Below, one piece after another: positions 18,833 through 29,424 of a stretch of 64,000 nt of DNA. The stretch spans positions 160,001-224,000 of the forward strand of contig CAVRDX010000001.1 of the NCBI GenBank assembly GCA_963719945.1. Direction: 5' to 3'. The notes below the pieces were generated by a model. The model saw only the letters and a list, made by a program, of their open reading frames with translations. It was not told the origin of the DNA and did no database searches. The translations under genes and the position numbers were made by a program. Position 1 is the stretch's first letter, and each line of letters starts with the position of its first letter. The DNA comes from an uncultured Thermoplasmata archaeon. Lineage in GTDB: Archaea > Thermoplasmatota > Thermoplasmata > UBA10834.

Positions 18833-20350
18833 CTAGACTATTCCGAACTTGACGAATATGTATACCATCAAAACAACTATCAATATCGCAGGGATCGTCA
18901 CCCTCATCCCTCCAATCGCTATGTCTCTTCTGGATACTATCCCCGTTGAGAATATCAGAGTGAATGGTGGAGTGCCTATCGGGGTCATGAACGATAGGGA
19001 TACGCATAATCCGCACACGAGAACTAGCAGCTTCGGGTCCACGCCGAGGGCCGAGGACATACCTATGAGTACTGGGGCCAGGATCGCTGCAGTGGCCGTG
19101 TTGCTCATGAAATTGGACAGTGCCACAGACACTCCTGCGATTATCAACATGATCACGATTATATGGAAACCATGAGTCACGTAGATTATCTGATCGGCCA
19201 TCCATCCGGCTGCTCCTGATACCTGGAGTCCTTCACCCAGGGCCAGACCCGCCCCGATTATCAGAAATATGTCCCATGAGATAGTGCGTGCATCCTGCCA
19301 ATCGAGGGTCCTCGTGGCGAACAGGATAACCACCGCTCCGAGTGCAACTATCGTCGCGCTCATAAAGCTCGCAGGGAATCCGAGCATCTCCCCTATGTTT
19401 GCGCCAACGACCCACAGGGCGACCGTAGGCAGGAAGATTCCCAGGGTCTTCTTCTCCCCAGCGCTCAAGCGCCCCATCTCCTTCAGCTCCTTGCTGACAG
19501 AGGATATGTCCAATGATTTGATCTTGATAGGGAACACCTTCTGGAGGAGCAACCAAGCGATGACTAGCAGAGCCATGCTCGTTGGCAGGCCGATCTTCAT
19601 CCAATCGACAAAGGTCCAAGTCATGCCGTCCTGTGCGAGCTGGGTCGCGAGCAGGGAGGATGCGACAGCGTTGGGAGCCGATCCCGTCACGGTGGCCATG
19701 CCACCAATCGCAGATCCGATGCCTATGCCAAGCAGGAAGAGCACAGAGAGCCGTCCCTTCTCCTCTCCTGCCTTTGATGCAAGGCCGAGCACGACTGGTA
19801 TGAGGAGCGCGACGGTCGCGGTATTTGAGATCCACATCGACAGGACGGCCGCTACGAGCATGAATGAGAAGAGTATCTTGTTTATCTCCCCTCCAAACTT
19901 CGAGACAATCGAATATGCGAGTCTCCGGTCCACACCATGCTTGCGGAAAGCCTCGGCCAATATCAGTCCGCCCATGAGCAGATATACGACTGGATCTGCA
20001 AAAGGGACCAACGCCTCGGTCGTGTGGAATATGCCATAGAACGTTAGCAGAACCGGGACCAGCAGCGCGGTCACCGGAAGCGGAAGAGCGCCGAATGTCC
20101 ATAGCATGGAAATGCAGACGAAGATTGCGAGTGCATACTGTATCTGCTGATCAACCGGAAGCGGCAGAATGGTCATCAGCAACAGCGCCACGAACGGTAG
20201 GATGAGCTTGATCGACCTCTGAACGATCTTCGGCAGCCTGCCGAAGGATTTGAAGAAAGATGGTGATAGCTCGACGATCTCCTGCCCGAAGAGCTCGAAG
20301 GTCCCTATGAAAGTCTTAAGAGGCTTCTTCTTCGGATATGGACCCTGCAT
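18833..20350 (-). CDS. SLC13/DASS family sodium-coupled anion symporter
   Basis: SMWISNTAT, GSAPN, SNFMSNTATA, FMTPIGTPP. Confidence 0.92.
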   Translation of the reverse strand: MQGPYPKKKPLKTFIGTFELFGQEIVELSPSFFKSFGRLPKIVQRSIKLILPFVALLLMTILPLPVDQQIQYALAIFVCISMLWTFGALPLPVTALLVPVLLTFYGIFHTTEALVPFADPVVYLLMGGLILAEAFRKHGVDRRLAYSIVSKFGGEINKILFSFMLVAAVLSMWISNTATVALLIPVVLGLASKAGEEKGRLSVLFLLGIGIGSAIGGMATVTGSAPNAVASSLLATQLAQDGMTWTFVDWMKIGLPTSMALLVIAWLLLQKVFPIKIKSLDISSVSKELKEMGRLSAGEKKTLGIFLPTVALWVVGANIGEMLGFPASFMSATIVALGAVVILFATRTLDWQDARTISWDIFLIIGAGLALGEGLQVSGAAGWMADQIIYVTHGFHIIVIMLIIAGVSVALSNFMSNTATAAILAPVLIGMSSALGVDPKLLVLVCGLCVSLSFMTPIGTPPFTLIFSTGIVSRRDIAIGGMRVTIPAILIVVLMVYIFVKFGIV

Positions 20351-20426
20351 GGTAATTCTGCAATAGTCCTGTGGTTATTTGAAGGCACTGGACGGTCGGC
20401 CATTCACCAGATGTTACTCGATTTCC

Positions 20427-21749
20427 TCATACCCCGTGCTGTCTCATCGTGCAGAAGTACTTCAGGAGGATCTCGCCCCACCCGCTATCGGACACGAAAT
20501 CAAGCTCCAGCTGGTCGTATACTCGATAGAGGCTGTCCCAATTCACATCGTATATGCCTATCGACGGTGGGACGAATACAGCCATCCCTGACAGCCTATC
20601 TCTCGTTCTCCAGCTCTCCCAATGCTTCACGATGGCATCGTTTGCGGCGCTCACGATATCATTGCACAGAGACGCAACGACCGGATGTGAATCCTCAAGG
20701 GCCTCTGAGAGTTCTCCGAACATCCCTCGGATATCTGAGTTAAATCCGCAGCCCATATTGTTCTCCCACATGGCGATGAAATGCTGCTGCGCCGCAGTAT
20801 TGAACGGAGTGATCAATGTGCCGTCCTTGGGGAGAAGCTCGTCTGAGAGCGCAGCGAATGCAGTCCCAAGGCCGCTCATTTTCGAGAGGTCCATCACGGA
20901 TAGTGTGGCGAAATCCTGCATGTATGGATATAGGGTGGGATAGGTTCCAAGAGGCGCCGAGTACCAATCCTCGTAATCATCTACCATCTTGCACGCGAGC
21001 TCCAATGGCAGTATGCCCGAATCCTCCGACAACCCATCGAGGAGCGCTATATAGTTGAGCCCATCGAACGGGACTGCGATCTCAGAAGCGACCAGGTACG
21101 AAGCCTTGTCCCTGAGCTCGTAGGCCACCTCGACCGTTGCCAGTGTGCAGGCATCGAGATCGATTATGTCGAGCTTCTTCCCGGTCGCAGCCGTTGCCAT
21201 GTCAAGAGCTCTTCCGAGTCCATCGATGCTCATCCAGGGTCTACCTTCCTCACCCTCGTCTACGCAGATGCCGAGGTAGCCGAGGCCATGGTCTTGAACA
21301 ACGAGCATGTAGTGCTCGGCTTCGAGATACTCCGCGGTCATAAAGAACTCGATGAAATCAGACAGTGTCTCAGGATTGGATGAGTTAACGTCTCCCAGAT
21401 ATTCCCTCTCGACCCACCCTTCCTCGGTGACTGTGCTGATGTTGGCGGGAAGCTCCAACCTGTCGATGAATATCGCAAGAGAGACATCATCGCGGTTCCA
21501 GAGATTGTCGAGCCAGATGTCAAGGAAAGTATCCGTCATGCTATCTAAATTGTTGTCAGCAGCCCAATACATTCCAATGGTCCACGATTTCAGGGAGTCT
21601 CTCTCCTGTAGCTCTTGATCCTCAGAAACACTGGTTAGATAATCATCCATCGAAATCGATGCACATTGGGCAGGAGCACCTCCTGCCATGAAAGCTGTCG
21701 AGAACAATCCACACAAAGCAAACGCTAATGCTATCCCCCTGCCTATCAT
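20427..21749 (-). CDS. Secreted clostripain-family protease, copy 2 (close paralog of copy 1)
   Basis: Signal peptide, WTIGMYWAADNNL, DHG, LDAC; shares WYSAPL.T.PTLYPYMQDFA with copy 1. Confidence 0.88.
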   Translation of the reverse strand: MIGRGIALAFALCGLFSTAFMAGGAPAQCASISMDDYLTSVSEDQELQERDSLKSWTIGMYWAADNNLDSMTDTFLDIWLDNLWNRDDVSLAIFIDRLELPANISTVTEEGWVEREYLGDVNSSNPETLSDFIEFFMTAEYLEAEHYMLVVQDHGLGYLGICVDEGEEGRPWMSIDGLGRALDMATAATGKKLDIIDLDACTLATVEVAYELRDKASYLVASEIAVPFDGLNYIALLDGLSEDSGILPLELACKMVDDYEDWYSAPLGTYPTLYPYMQDFATLSVMDLSKMSGLGTAFAALSDELLPKDGTLITPFNTAAQQHFIAMWENNMGCGFNSDIRGMFGELSEALEDSHPVVASLCNDIVSAANDAIVKHWESWRTRDRLSGMAVFVPPSIGIYDVNWDSLYRVYDQLELDFVSDSGWGEILLKYFCTMRQHGV

Positions 21750-21979
21750 GATTTTCCCCCCGATGCAAGATGAGAACCTCTGAAGTTCGTACATCTCGCA
21801 ATACCCGGAATGCATCAACGCTAGTTCAATGTTATCATGTCTCAATAGGGTCAGACATTTTTGTTCATATATGTCTGAGGAGGCCTGATCCACGATTCAT
21901 GCTCCTTGTTATCATGGCATATCCTGTGCGTTGGTATCCCCGAACTATTAATGTGCGAATGTGTACGTTACCTATCTCG

Positions 21980-23104
21980 ATGTTTCCCAAGCGAGTTGCA
22001 TCGTTGAAGGTGTCCGGGATAAGGAGGTTGTTCGAATCAGCGCCACCTGGCGCCATCAACCTCGGCCTTGGAGAGCCGGATGTTCAGCCACCACCTGAGA
22101 CGATCGAGGCGTTCAAGATGGCATTGGACGCTGGTCAGAACAAGTATGGGCCAAGCGCTGGAATCACGGAGCTACGGGAGTCGATAGCGAAGAGTCTCAA
22201 GCGCTTCAGGCACGATGTCACATTCGAGAACATAATCGTTACCGCGGGAGCGACCGAGGGTATGATGATCGCATGCGATACGATCATAGACGAGGGTGAC
22301 GAGGTCCTCGTACCCAACCCAGGGTTCATCGTCTACGGTCCGGACGTTGCGCTCGCTGGAGGTCGTCCGGTGGAATACTCGCTGACGCATGAGAACTCCT
22401 TCATGCCTGACATAGAGGAGATGAAATCCCTTGTGACACCTAGGACCAAGGCGATAATCGTGAACAGCCCCTCCAATCCCACCGGGACGGTGTTCCCCAA
22501 GGAATGCGTGAAGGCGATCTGCGATATTGCCACCGAACACGACCTCTACATCCTCTCAGACGAGGTGTATCACAATTTCGTCTATGATGGTGACCACTGG
22601 TCTTTTGCCCGTTTCCATGACGACACAATAATCATAGATTCGTTCTCGAAATCCTTGGCTGCAACCGGATGGCGGATCGGATATGTCGCGACTTCCAAGG
22701 AAATAGTCAAGCAGCTCTCGAAGGTTCAGTACTATGCGCTAGCGTGCCCATCGACGCCTACCCAATACGCTGTGCTCGAAGGGTTGAAGCACGGAGAACG
22801 GTTCAAGAAAGAGCTCCAGGATACCTTCAGGCGGAGGAGGGATATCGCTCTGAGGAAGTTGAGGGAGATACCCACATTCTCCACGACACCCATCGGAGGA
22901 GCGTTCTATGCGTTCCCGAAATACTCGCAGAACCTGTCATCGGATGATTTCGCCATGAGGATCCTCAAGGAAGGGGTCATATGCGCTCCGGGTAGCGCAT
23001 TCGGATCCTTGGGCGAGGGCCACCTGAGGTTCTCATACGCGAATTCTGAGGAGAACATTGAGAAAGGGCTGGAGATCGTGAAGCAGGTCGCGGCTTCCAT
23101 CTGA
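21980..23104 (+). CDS. PLP-dependent class I/II aminotransferase
   Basis: NSPSNPTG, SDEVY, SFSKSLAATGWRIG, LRFSYA. Confidence 0.93.
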   Translation: MFPKRVASLKVSGIRRLFESAPPGAINLGLGEPDVQPPPETIEAFKMALDAGQNKYGPSAGITELRESIAKSLKRFRHDVTFENIIVTAGATEGMMIACDTIIDEGDEVLVPNPGFIVYGPDVALAGGRPVEYSLTHENSFMPDIEEMKSLVTPRTKAIIVNSPSNPTGTVFPKECVKAICDIATEHDLYILSDEVYHNFVYDGDHWSFARFHDDTIIIDSFSKSLAATGWRIGYVATSKEIVKQLSKVQYYALACPSTPTQYAVLEGLKHGERFKKELQDTFRRRRDIALRKLREIPTFSTTPIGGAFYAFPKYSQNLSSDDFAMRILKEGVICAPGSAFGSLGEGHLRFSYANSEENIEKGLEIVKQVAASI

Positions 23105-23153
23105 ACCTGCCCAATTCCATAGATTTAAATGGACACCCATATCTTTAGGATTC

Positions 23154-24746
23154 ATGCCAGAGGAGGGCGCCAGCACTACCGCCACCCCTGATAGGCTAAT
23201 GAGTTCCAAGGCAGCCCTCTCGGTCTTGAATAGTGTCTTGGGCGCTGTCCTCGGAACGACGGCTCTCGTTTTCATAGCGAAGAACATGGGACCATCCGTC
23301 CTCGGCATACTTGGCTACGCGATGGCGTCCGTGGGCATCTTGAGCTTCTTATCCGACTTCGGAATGGGCTCGGTACACAGGACCCACATCAAGCATACAA
23401 TCGACACTGCAAAATGCATCGGGGCATATGCCGCGATACGACTGACGCTCCTGGCGATTTTCGCTGCCGTCACATTCTTCATGATTGAGCTGTGGAAGGA
23501 TGGATACATGGGCGCGGGCATGCCGACCGATCCATATGTTCTGACTCAACTCGTAGATTCAATGTACGTCTTCTTGGTCTATTACATCCTTCTCGGAATC
23601 AGTCAGATCGCGACTCACACATTCGACGCTTTGGATGCGAGTGCGAAGGTGCAGGTCCCAGCCATATTGGAGCTCATCGTTCGAGTTGTATTCGTGATCT
23701 ACGTGGCCACATCAGCGATGGGCAGCAGCTACAACGGTCCCGCTCTTCTGTCCGCAGCGTACGCTGCTGGAATGATCACATCTGTTTTGCTCGTGGCGTT
23801 GCTCATGCGTCGCTATCCTATCTCGATCCCGGACCGAATGATGATGATGAGCTACATCCGCTCGCTAATACCCGTCTTTGTAGTCTCGGCGACGATCATA
23901 CTTGACCTGTATCTCGATAAATGGATCGTTGGTTATTTCTGGGGAGAAGTGGAGCTGGGGCTCTATTTCGGCGTGCAGAGGATGGCTGTATTCGTAGGCG
24001 TCTTCTCGTTATCCGTGGCGACCCTCATTCTCCCGTCCGTCACGACATATTTCATAAAGAACGATGTCGGAGCGACCTGGGATGTCGTCAATCAGGCTGA
24101 GAGATATGTCTCATTGGTGGTCATCCCTACCGCTGCTTTCTACCTAGTCTTCGGTTCCGATATCCTGAGGATCTTCCTGACCGAGGAATTCTCCACAGCG
24201 ATCACCACGATGAACCTCCTTGTTCTCGCCGGTGCGGTTCTCGCATTGGTGCTCCCGCTCAGATCGGTCATTGCAGGGGTTGGAAAGCCCGTGACCCTGT
24301 TCATGGTCGGAATCAGTGGATTGCTGGTGCAGCTGGCACTGATGCTCATACTGGTCCCGAAGACGTTCCTGGGGATACCCATGATGGGGTTGAAAGGTAC
24401 CGGGGCCGGGCTCGCGCTGCTGGCGACCTCCATATTCTACTTCTTCACCCTCCGATACATGGCATGGCGAATAGGGAAGATACTCCCGAACTCTCGGTCG
24501 TTCAGACACCTGTTGAGCGCGATCGCAATGGTGGCGTCCATGTACGTCGTCAAATGGTTGTTGGTCCCCTCGATCGACTGGATATCTCTCATATTCCTTG
24601 CGATAATCGGTGCGATAAGCTATGGGTTCGCCGCATATCTCCTTGGCGAACTGGATTCCGATGACTACAGATACTTCAGGAAGATGCTCAATCCACAGGA
24701 CACGTATCAATACGTCATCAACGAGCTCCTGGGCAAGCGAGTTTGA
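23154..24746 (+). CDS. Oligosaccharide flippase (Wzx/MOP superfamily)
   Basis: About 14 TM helices, IAKNMGP..LG, DFGM, LDKWIVGYF....LGLY. Confidence 0.85.
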   Translation: MPEEGASTTATPDRLMSSKAALSVLNSVLGAVLGTTALVFIAKNMGPSVLGILGYAMASVGILSFLSDFGMGSVHRTHIKHTIDTAKCIGAYAAIRLTLLAIFAAVTFFMIELWKDGYMGAGMPTDPYVLTQLVDSMYVFLVYYILLGISQIATHTFDALDASAKVQVPAILELIVRVVFVIYVATSAMGSSYNGPALLSAAYAAGMITSVLLVALLMRRYPISIPDRMMMMSYIRSLIPVFVVSATIILDLYLDKWIVGYFWGEVELGLYFGVQRMAVFVGVFSLSVATLILPSVTTYFIKNDVGATWDVVNQAERYVSLVVIPTAAFYLVFGSDILRIFLTEEFSTAITTMNLLVLAGAVLALVLPLRSVIAGVGKPVTLFMVGISGLLVQLALMLILVPKTFLGIPMMGLKGTGAGLALLATSIFYFFTLRYMAWRIGKILPNSRSFRHLLSAIAMVASMYVVKWLLVPSIDWISLIFLAIIGAISYGFAAYLLGELDSDDYRYFRKMLNPQDTYQYVINELLGKRV

Positions 24747-24776
24747 GCCTATCCGATTCTCTTATAGGCACCGACC

Positions 24777-26069
24777 ATGATTACTGCGACGGTCAGGATG
24801 GGCGAAGATACAATCATTGCGCACGCATCGGAGCTCCTCACACTGAGGGGACCAAAGAGGGCTAGGATACGTGCCGAGATGGCCGATCTATCCATTATCC
24901 CAGATGGAGCAGTAGTCGTGTCCGATGGTGTCATTATGGATGTCGGTCGCACGGAGACGATATTGAAGAAGCATGCTGCCAAAGGGATGGAGCTGATAGA
25001 TGCATCCAACAAGGTCGTCATGCCAGGCCTGGTCGATCCCCACACTCACCTCGTGTTCGCAGGATCGCGGGAGTTCGAACTCGCGCTGAAGCTGAAGGGG
25101 AAATCGTATCTGGAGATTCTATCGATGGGTGGCGGCATATCGCGTACCGTCAGAGACACCAGGGCTGCGTCAGAGAACGAGCTGTTCTCTCAATCTGCGA
25201 GACGGCTTGAGTCGATGATCGCTCACGGATCGACGACGATCGAGGCGAAATCCGGATACGGTCTTGATAGAGATGTGGAGCTACGCATCCTGGAGATCAC
25301 GCGCAAGCTCGATCAGAAATACCCCGTCGATATCGTTCCTACGTTCCTGGGTGCCCATTCCGTCCCATCCGAATTCGAAGGACGACCCGATGATTACATC
25401 TCATTCGTGGTCGATGATGTGATGCCCGAGGTCGCAAAGCGTTCTCTGGCCAAGTACTGCGATGTCTTCTGTGAACGTGGAGTGTTCGATGTGGATCAGT
25501 CGCGTCGGGTCCTTCTGGCAGCCAAAGCTCTTGGACTTGGACTCAAGGTCCATGCGGACGAGTTCGTGACCACGGGAGGTGCCGAGCTCGCAGCGGAATG
25601 CGGTGCGATCTCAGCCGAGCATCTCGCGAAACCCTCGGACGATGGAATCATGGCGATGGCCCGGAAGGACGTTATCGGGGTGATGCTGCCAGGCACTCCT
25701 TTCACATCGATGACCGGCATTTATGCGGATGCGCGGAGATTGATCGACCTGGGCCTTCCGATAGCTCTCGGCACGGATATGAACCCGAACTGCTGGAACG
25801 AATCTATGCAGTTCACAATGGCCCTTGCGTGTTATCAGATGCGAATGACTCCCGAGGAGTCCGTCACCGCCGCGACCTTCAATGCCGCAGCTGCGATAGG
25901 GCTCGAGAAGAAGATCGGGTCGCTGGAGCACGGGAAGAGGGCGGATATCGTGATGATGGATGTGCCATCATATGCTCATCTGCCCTACAGATTCGGCACC
26001 AACCTGTGCTCACTTGTGATGAAGAACGGCAAGGTCGTCTGGCAGAAGGATGATGGATTGCAGTCCTAG
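24777..26069 (+). CDS. hutI: Imidazolonepropionase
   Basis: PGLVDPHTHLVFAGSR, EAKSGYGL, TFLGAH, DVFCE, KVHADE, LGTDMNP. Confidence 0.93.
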   Translation: MITATVRMGEDTIIAHASELLTLRGPKRARIRAEMADLSIIPDGAVVVSDGVIMDVGRTETILKKHAAKGMELIDASNKVVMPGLVDPHTHLVFAGSREFELALKLKGKSYLEILSMGGGISRTVRDTRAASENELFSQSARRLESMIAHGSTTIEAKSGYGLDRDVELRILEITRKLDQKYPVDIVPTFLGAHSVPSEFEGRPDDYISFVVDDVMPEVAKRSLAKYCDVFCERGVFDVDQSRRVLLAAKALGLGLKVHADEFVTTGGAELAAECGAISAEHLAKPSDDGIMAMARKDVIGVMLPGTPFTSMTGIYADARRLIDLGLPIALGTDMNPNCWNESMQFTMALACYQMRMTPEESVTAATFNAAAAIGLEKKIGSLEHGKRADIVMMDVPSYAHLPYRFGTNLCSLVMKNGKVVWQKDDGLQS

Positions 26070-26497
26070 AACCTCAGGATTATTATCCCGAGCACGACGG
26101 TTCCGATGCCTATCCATTCCTTGATGCTCAGCTGTTCTCTGAGGAAGACCAGTGCAAGCATGGTCGTGAAGACTGCATTCGAAGTGGCGATGGCCGCGGT
26201 CGCTCCCGTTCCCATTTCTGAGTGCGACATCGCATAAACGAACGACAGCAGACCGATGCCCAGGCATATACCTGCAGCGAGAGGGAACACGATCTTGGTG
26301 TCGATAGATTCGTACTGACCCGTGAACCAGATGTATGCGAAGAGGGTGATTCCCAATGCACCCATCACCATCCACATTATCGCCGTGAACAGATTGGGAT
26401 CGATCGCCTTGTTCTTCTCACCGTAGCCTATCAGGAAGTTTGTTGTACCCCACAGTAAGAAAGTGCCTATCGCGAACATCAATGCATAGGTCGCCAT
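26066..26497 (-). CDS. EamA/DMT family small transporter
   Basis: Five TM helices, LALVFLREQLS...WIGI. Confidence 0.85.
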   Translation of the reverse strand: MATYALMFAIGTFLLWGTTNFLIGYGEKNKAIDPNLFTAIMWMVMGALGITLFAYIWFTGQYESIDTKIVFPLAAGICLGIGLLSFVYAMSHSEMGTGATAAIATSNAVFTTMLALVFLREQLSIKEWIGIGTVVLGIIILRF

Positions 26498-26691
26498 CGT
26501 CTTCCTCTCCACGGAGCCATCGAGCATCGGTTATCTATAAATACGTTTCTTGGAAGGAACTGGCCATCCTCGTTTCTTCGGTGCGATTGCGTTCAACTAG
26601 CTGGGTTATTTATTTATCCACGCAGACAGATGCTCGCGGCGCTGGGGTGCGCGACTAATTGCCCCCTGATCACTCTCAGGTTGGACTTCAA

Positions 26692-27738
26692 ATGGTATCG
26701 GTATGCATGCTCACTGAGCTCGAATCCTACAAGGGCATCATACCCTACAAGAACCCAGGCGGAATGGGAACGAACGCCCCGATGGTTGTGATGGAGCTGG
26801 AGAAGCTCGGATGCAGGGTCATTATGAACAAGCCGGAGGAGGACTATGACGTCCTTCACATACACAGCCCTCTGCCCAACTCATTTCTATGGGCGATCAA
26901 GAGAAGGATCTCCGGAAAGCCGCTTGTCGTACATGGCCGGCATCTGCCCGAGCTTATCAAGGGCGGATTCGTTGGTGGCTCGCTGTTCTATCCATTCGTT
27001 CGCATGTATTCTGTCCTCTTCTACAACATGGGCGATATTGTTCTGGGTGCGACGCCATATGTGGCCAAGTCCCTGTCCAGAGACGGAGTGAAGGGGCCAT
27101 TCAGGATCATCCCGAACGGGATCAACAGGGAAGTATTCGTGCGAGACTCTGAACGAGGTGCATCATTCAGAGATCGTTGGGGCATCAAGCCCGATGAGAA
27201 GCTGGTGGTCAGTGTTGGCTTGCGCATCCCCAGAAAAGGAGTCGACACTTTCATATCTATGTCCTCCCGGATGGCTCACAGACCTGATGTGAAGTTCGTA
27301 TGGGTGGGCGCGTCCGAGGTGCTCTTGGAGGATGCTCTCGTCGAGGGCTCCACTGGTCGAGTATCATTTGTCGGGCACATTCCATTTGAGGATATAGTAG
27401 GAGTCTACTCCGCCGCGGATGTGTTCGTGTTCCCCACCAGAGCCGAGAGTTATGGCAATGTAATGCTCGAGGCTGCCAGCTGCGGATGCCCGTTGCTGAT
27501 CCGAGACATTCCCGTCTACGAGGAATGGGTCAAGGATGGCACACACTGCCTGAAGGCCAGGACCGACGAGGAGTTCGTGTCGAAGCTGGAGCAGATTCTC
27601 GACGATCCGGCGCTGAGAGCGAGTATGGTGGCGGGCGCGAAGTCCCTTGCCGAAGAGCACGATATAAAGAAGTGCGCCAAGATGCTCAAAGCGATGTACG
27701 AGGAAATGGCTGAAGGAGGTATCCAGCCTGATAGGTGA
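26692..27738 (+). CDS. GT4 family glycosyltransferase
   Basis: IPNGI, VG..IPRKG, ADVFVFPTRAESYGNVMLEAASCG. Confidence 0.9.
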   Translation: MVSVCMLTELESYKGIIPYKNPGGMGTNAPMVVMELEKLGCRVIMNKPEEDYDVLHIHSPLPNSFLWAIKRRISGKPLVVHGRHLPELIKGGFVGGSLFYPFVRMYSVLFYNMGDIVLGATPYVAKSLSRDGVKGPFRIIPNGINREVFVRDSERGASFRDRWGIKPDEKLVVSVGLRIPRKGVDTFISMSSRMAHRPDVKFVWVGASEVLLEDALVEGSTGRVSFVGHIPFEDIVGVYSAADVFVFPTRAESYGNVMLEAASCGCPLLIRDIPVYEEWVKDGTHCLKARTDEEFVSKLEQILDDPALRASMVAGAKSLAEEHDIKKCAKMLKAMYEEMAEGGIQPDR

Positions 27739-28324
27739 GGATATCATCAGCGCTTTCTCGTCCCTGGGCGATTCTGGGATGCTCCTCGCCCTCGCATCGA
27801 TCATTTTGATAGATGGTACCGGTTTCCCGATGCTGCCAGAGATATGGACTGTCTTCATATTCGGCGCACATTCGAATTCCTTCGCATGGGGTGCCATGAT
27901 CGTCATCGTGTCGAGCATCTCCAGCCTATGCGGGAACTTCCTGCTATACTCACTCGTCAAATTCGCGAGATTGCCACATTGGATCGAGAAGAGGATGAAA
28001 CAATACACCGACTTCCTCATAGTGAAGGACGAGCGGCTTCTGTTATTGAATCGGCTCGCACCGGTCGTCCCGTATACTGGTGCGTTCATGGCAGTGTGTG
28101 GGTGGAACATAAGGAAATGCGCAGTCTACATATTCGTCGGAGCGATGGCAAAGGCATCGGTTGTGGTGGTTCTCTCTTGGCTCAGCTATGACAACCTGAG
28201 GGAGGACCTCGCCACATGGGTGGCCATCGCAGCTGTCATCATAGTCATCTCAGTGAGCATGGTAGCATCATTAATCTACAAGAGACGGCTTCGGCTGAAG
28301 GGGGAACCAATACGATCTCAGTGA
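27728..28324 (+). CDS. DedA/VTT-like membrane protein, possibly with CTG start
   Basis: P.LPE motif, G..LLY, RLAPVVP. First ATG is at 27779, but an in-frame CTG at 27728 follows GGAGGT. Confidence 0.65.
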   Translation: MIGEDIISAFSSLGDSGMLLALASIILIDGTGFPMLPEIWTVFIFGAHSNSFAWGAMIVIVSSISSLCGNFLLYSLVKFARLPHWIEKRMKQYTDFLIVKDERLLLLNRLAPVVPYTGAFMAVCGWNIRKCAVYIFVGAMAKASVVVVLSWLSYDNLREDLATWVAIAAVIIVISVSMVASLIYKRRLRLKGEPIRSQ

Positions 28325-29424
28325 TAGTCCCGACATACAATGAGCGGGACAATGTCGAGGAACTGGTCAGGAGGGTCAACGTTGCGTGCTCTTCCGCGGG
28401 CATCGAGGTCGAGATGGTCATTGTCGATGACAACAGCCCGGACGGCACCGGCGAGTTGGCCGAGGACCTTGGAAAGAAGTACAATGTCAAAGTACTGCAC
28501 CGCGCCGGCAAGCTCGGCCTCTCTACCGCTGTGATCGAGGGGTTCGGTGCAGCGAGCGGCCAGATGCTCGTGGTCATGGATGCAGATCTCAGCCATCCCC
28601 CGGAGAAGATACCGGCGATGGTGGCGAAACTGGTCGATGAGAATGCGGACATGGTCATCGGCAGCAGGTACGTCAAGGGTGGGATGGTAGAGAACTGGCC
28701 GTTCCATAGGCGCATGATATCCAAATGCGCCACTCTCCTGGCGAAGGGTCTGACCAAGGTGAAGGATCCGATGTCTGGCTTCTTCGCCATCAAGCGTGAA
28801 GTGATAGATGGGGTCGAGCTGAACCCTATTGGCTACAAGATCGCCCTCGAGATACTCGTCAAGGGGCGGATCAAGAATGTCGACGAGGTCCCTATCACAT
28901 TCGCCGATAGGAAGGCCGGCAAGAGCAAACTGGGGACTTCGGTCACCCTGAAGTACATCGACCATTGCATCAGGCTCTACGAGCACAAGAAACCCTGGCT
29001 CGCGAGGTACATCAAGTTCGCCTTCGTGGGCGGGATCGGCACGGTGATCAACCTTGCGATTCTGTGGGCCGGCGTCGAGCTGTTCATGCTTTACTATCTC
29101 CTGGCGGAGACCATCGCGTTCGTCGTGGCTGATACGAACAATTTCATATGGAACCGGTGGTGGACCTTCCGGTCAAAGGGCAAGATACGCATACAGTACC
29201 CTCAGTTCCTGCTGGTCAGTTTCGATGGCCTGATGCTGAACCTGATCCTTCTGTATCTCCTGGTGGAGAGTGTGTTCCCGGCGATCGGAGTCGGTGAGGA
29301 CAAGGCTAGCTTGTATCTACTGTTCGCCCAGGTGATAGTGATCTTCATTGTCAGCACATTCAACTTCTTCGCGAACTCCCTATGGACGTTCTCGAAGGAG
29401 ATGACATTCAAGCCTAAGGCTTGA
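28321..29424 (+). CDS. GT2 polyprenyl-phosphate glycosyltransferase (DPM1-like) fused to a GtrA domain
   Basis: IVPTYNE, VDDNSPDGT, MDADLSH, GSRY, DPMSGF, R..GKSKL; C-terminal KFAFVG...NFIWNRWWTF. Start uncertain; a GTG at 28321 overlaps the upstream stop. Confidence 0.9.
   Translation: MIVPTYNERDNVEELVRRVNVACSSAGIEVEMVIVDDNSPDGTGELAEDLGKKYNVKVLHRAGKLGLSTAVIEGFGAASGQMLVVMDADLSHPPEKIPAMVAKLVDENADMVIGSRYVKGGMVENWPFHRRMISKCATLLAKGLTKVKDPMSGFFAIKREVIDGVELNPIGYKIALEILVKGRIKNVDEVPITFADRKAGKSKLGTSVTLKYIDHCIRLYEHKKPWLARYIKFAFVGGIGTVINLAILWAGVELFMLYYLLAETIAFVVADTNNFIWNRWWTFRSKGKIRIQYPQFLLVSFDGLMLNLILLYLLVESVFPAIGVGEDKASLYLLFAQVIVIFIVSTFNFFANSLWTFSKEMTFKPKA

Noticed and set aside
18813-19205. N-terminal extension of ORF 18471-19205
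   Set aside because: It is an out-of-frame overlap with the DASS gene; the recognisable protein starts at 18812.
24777-26069. hutI without hutH/hutU/hutG
   Set aside because: Scattered hut genes are common in archaea; the partners may lie outside the window.
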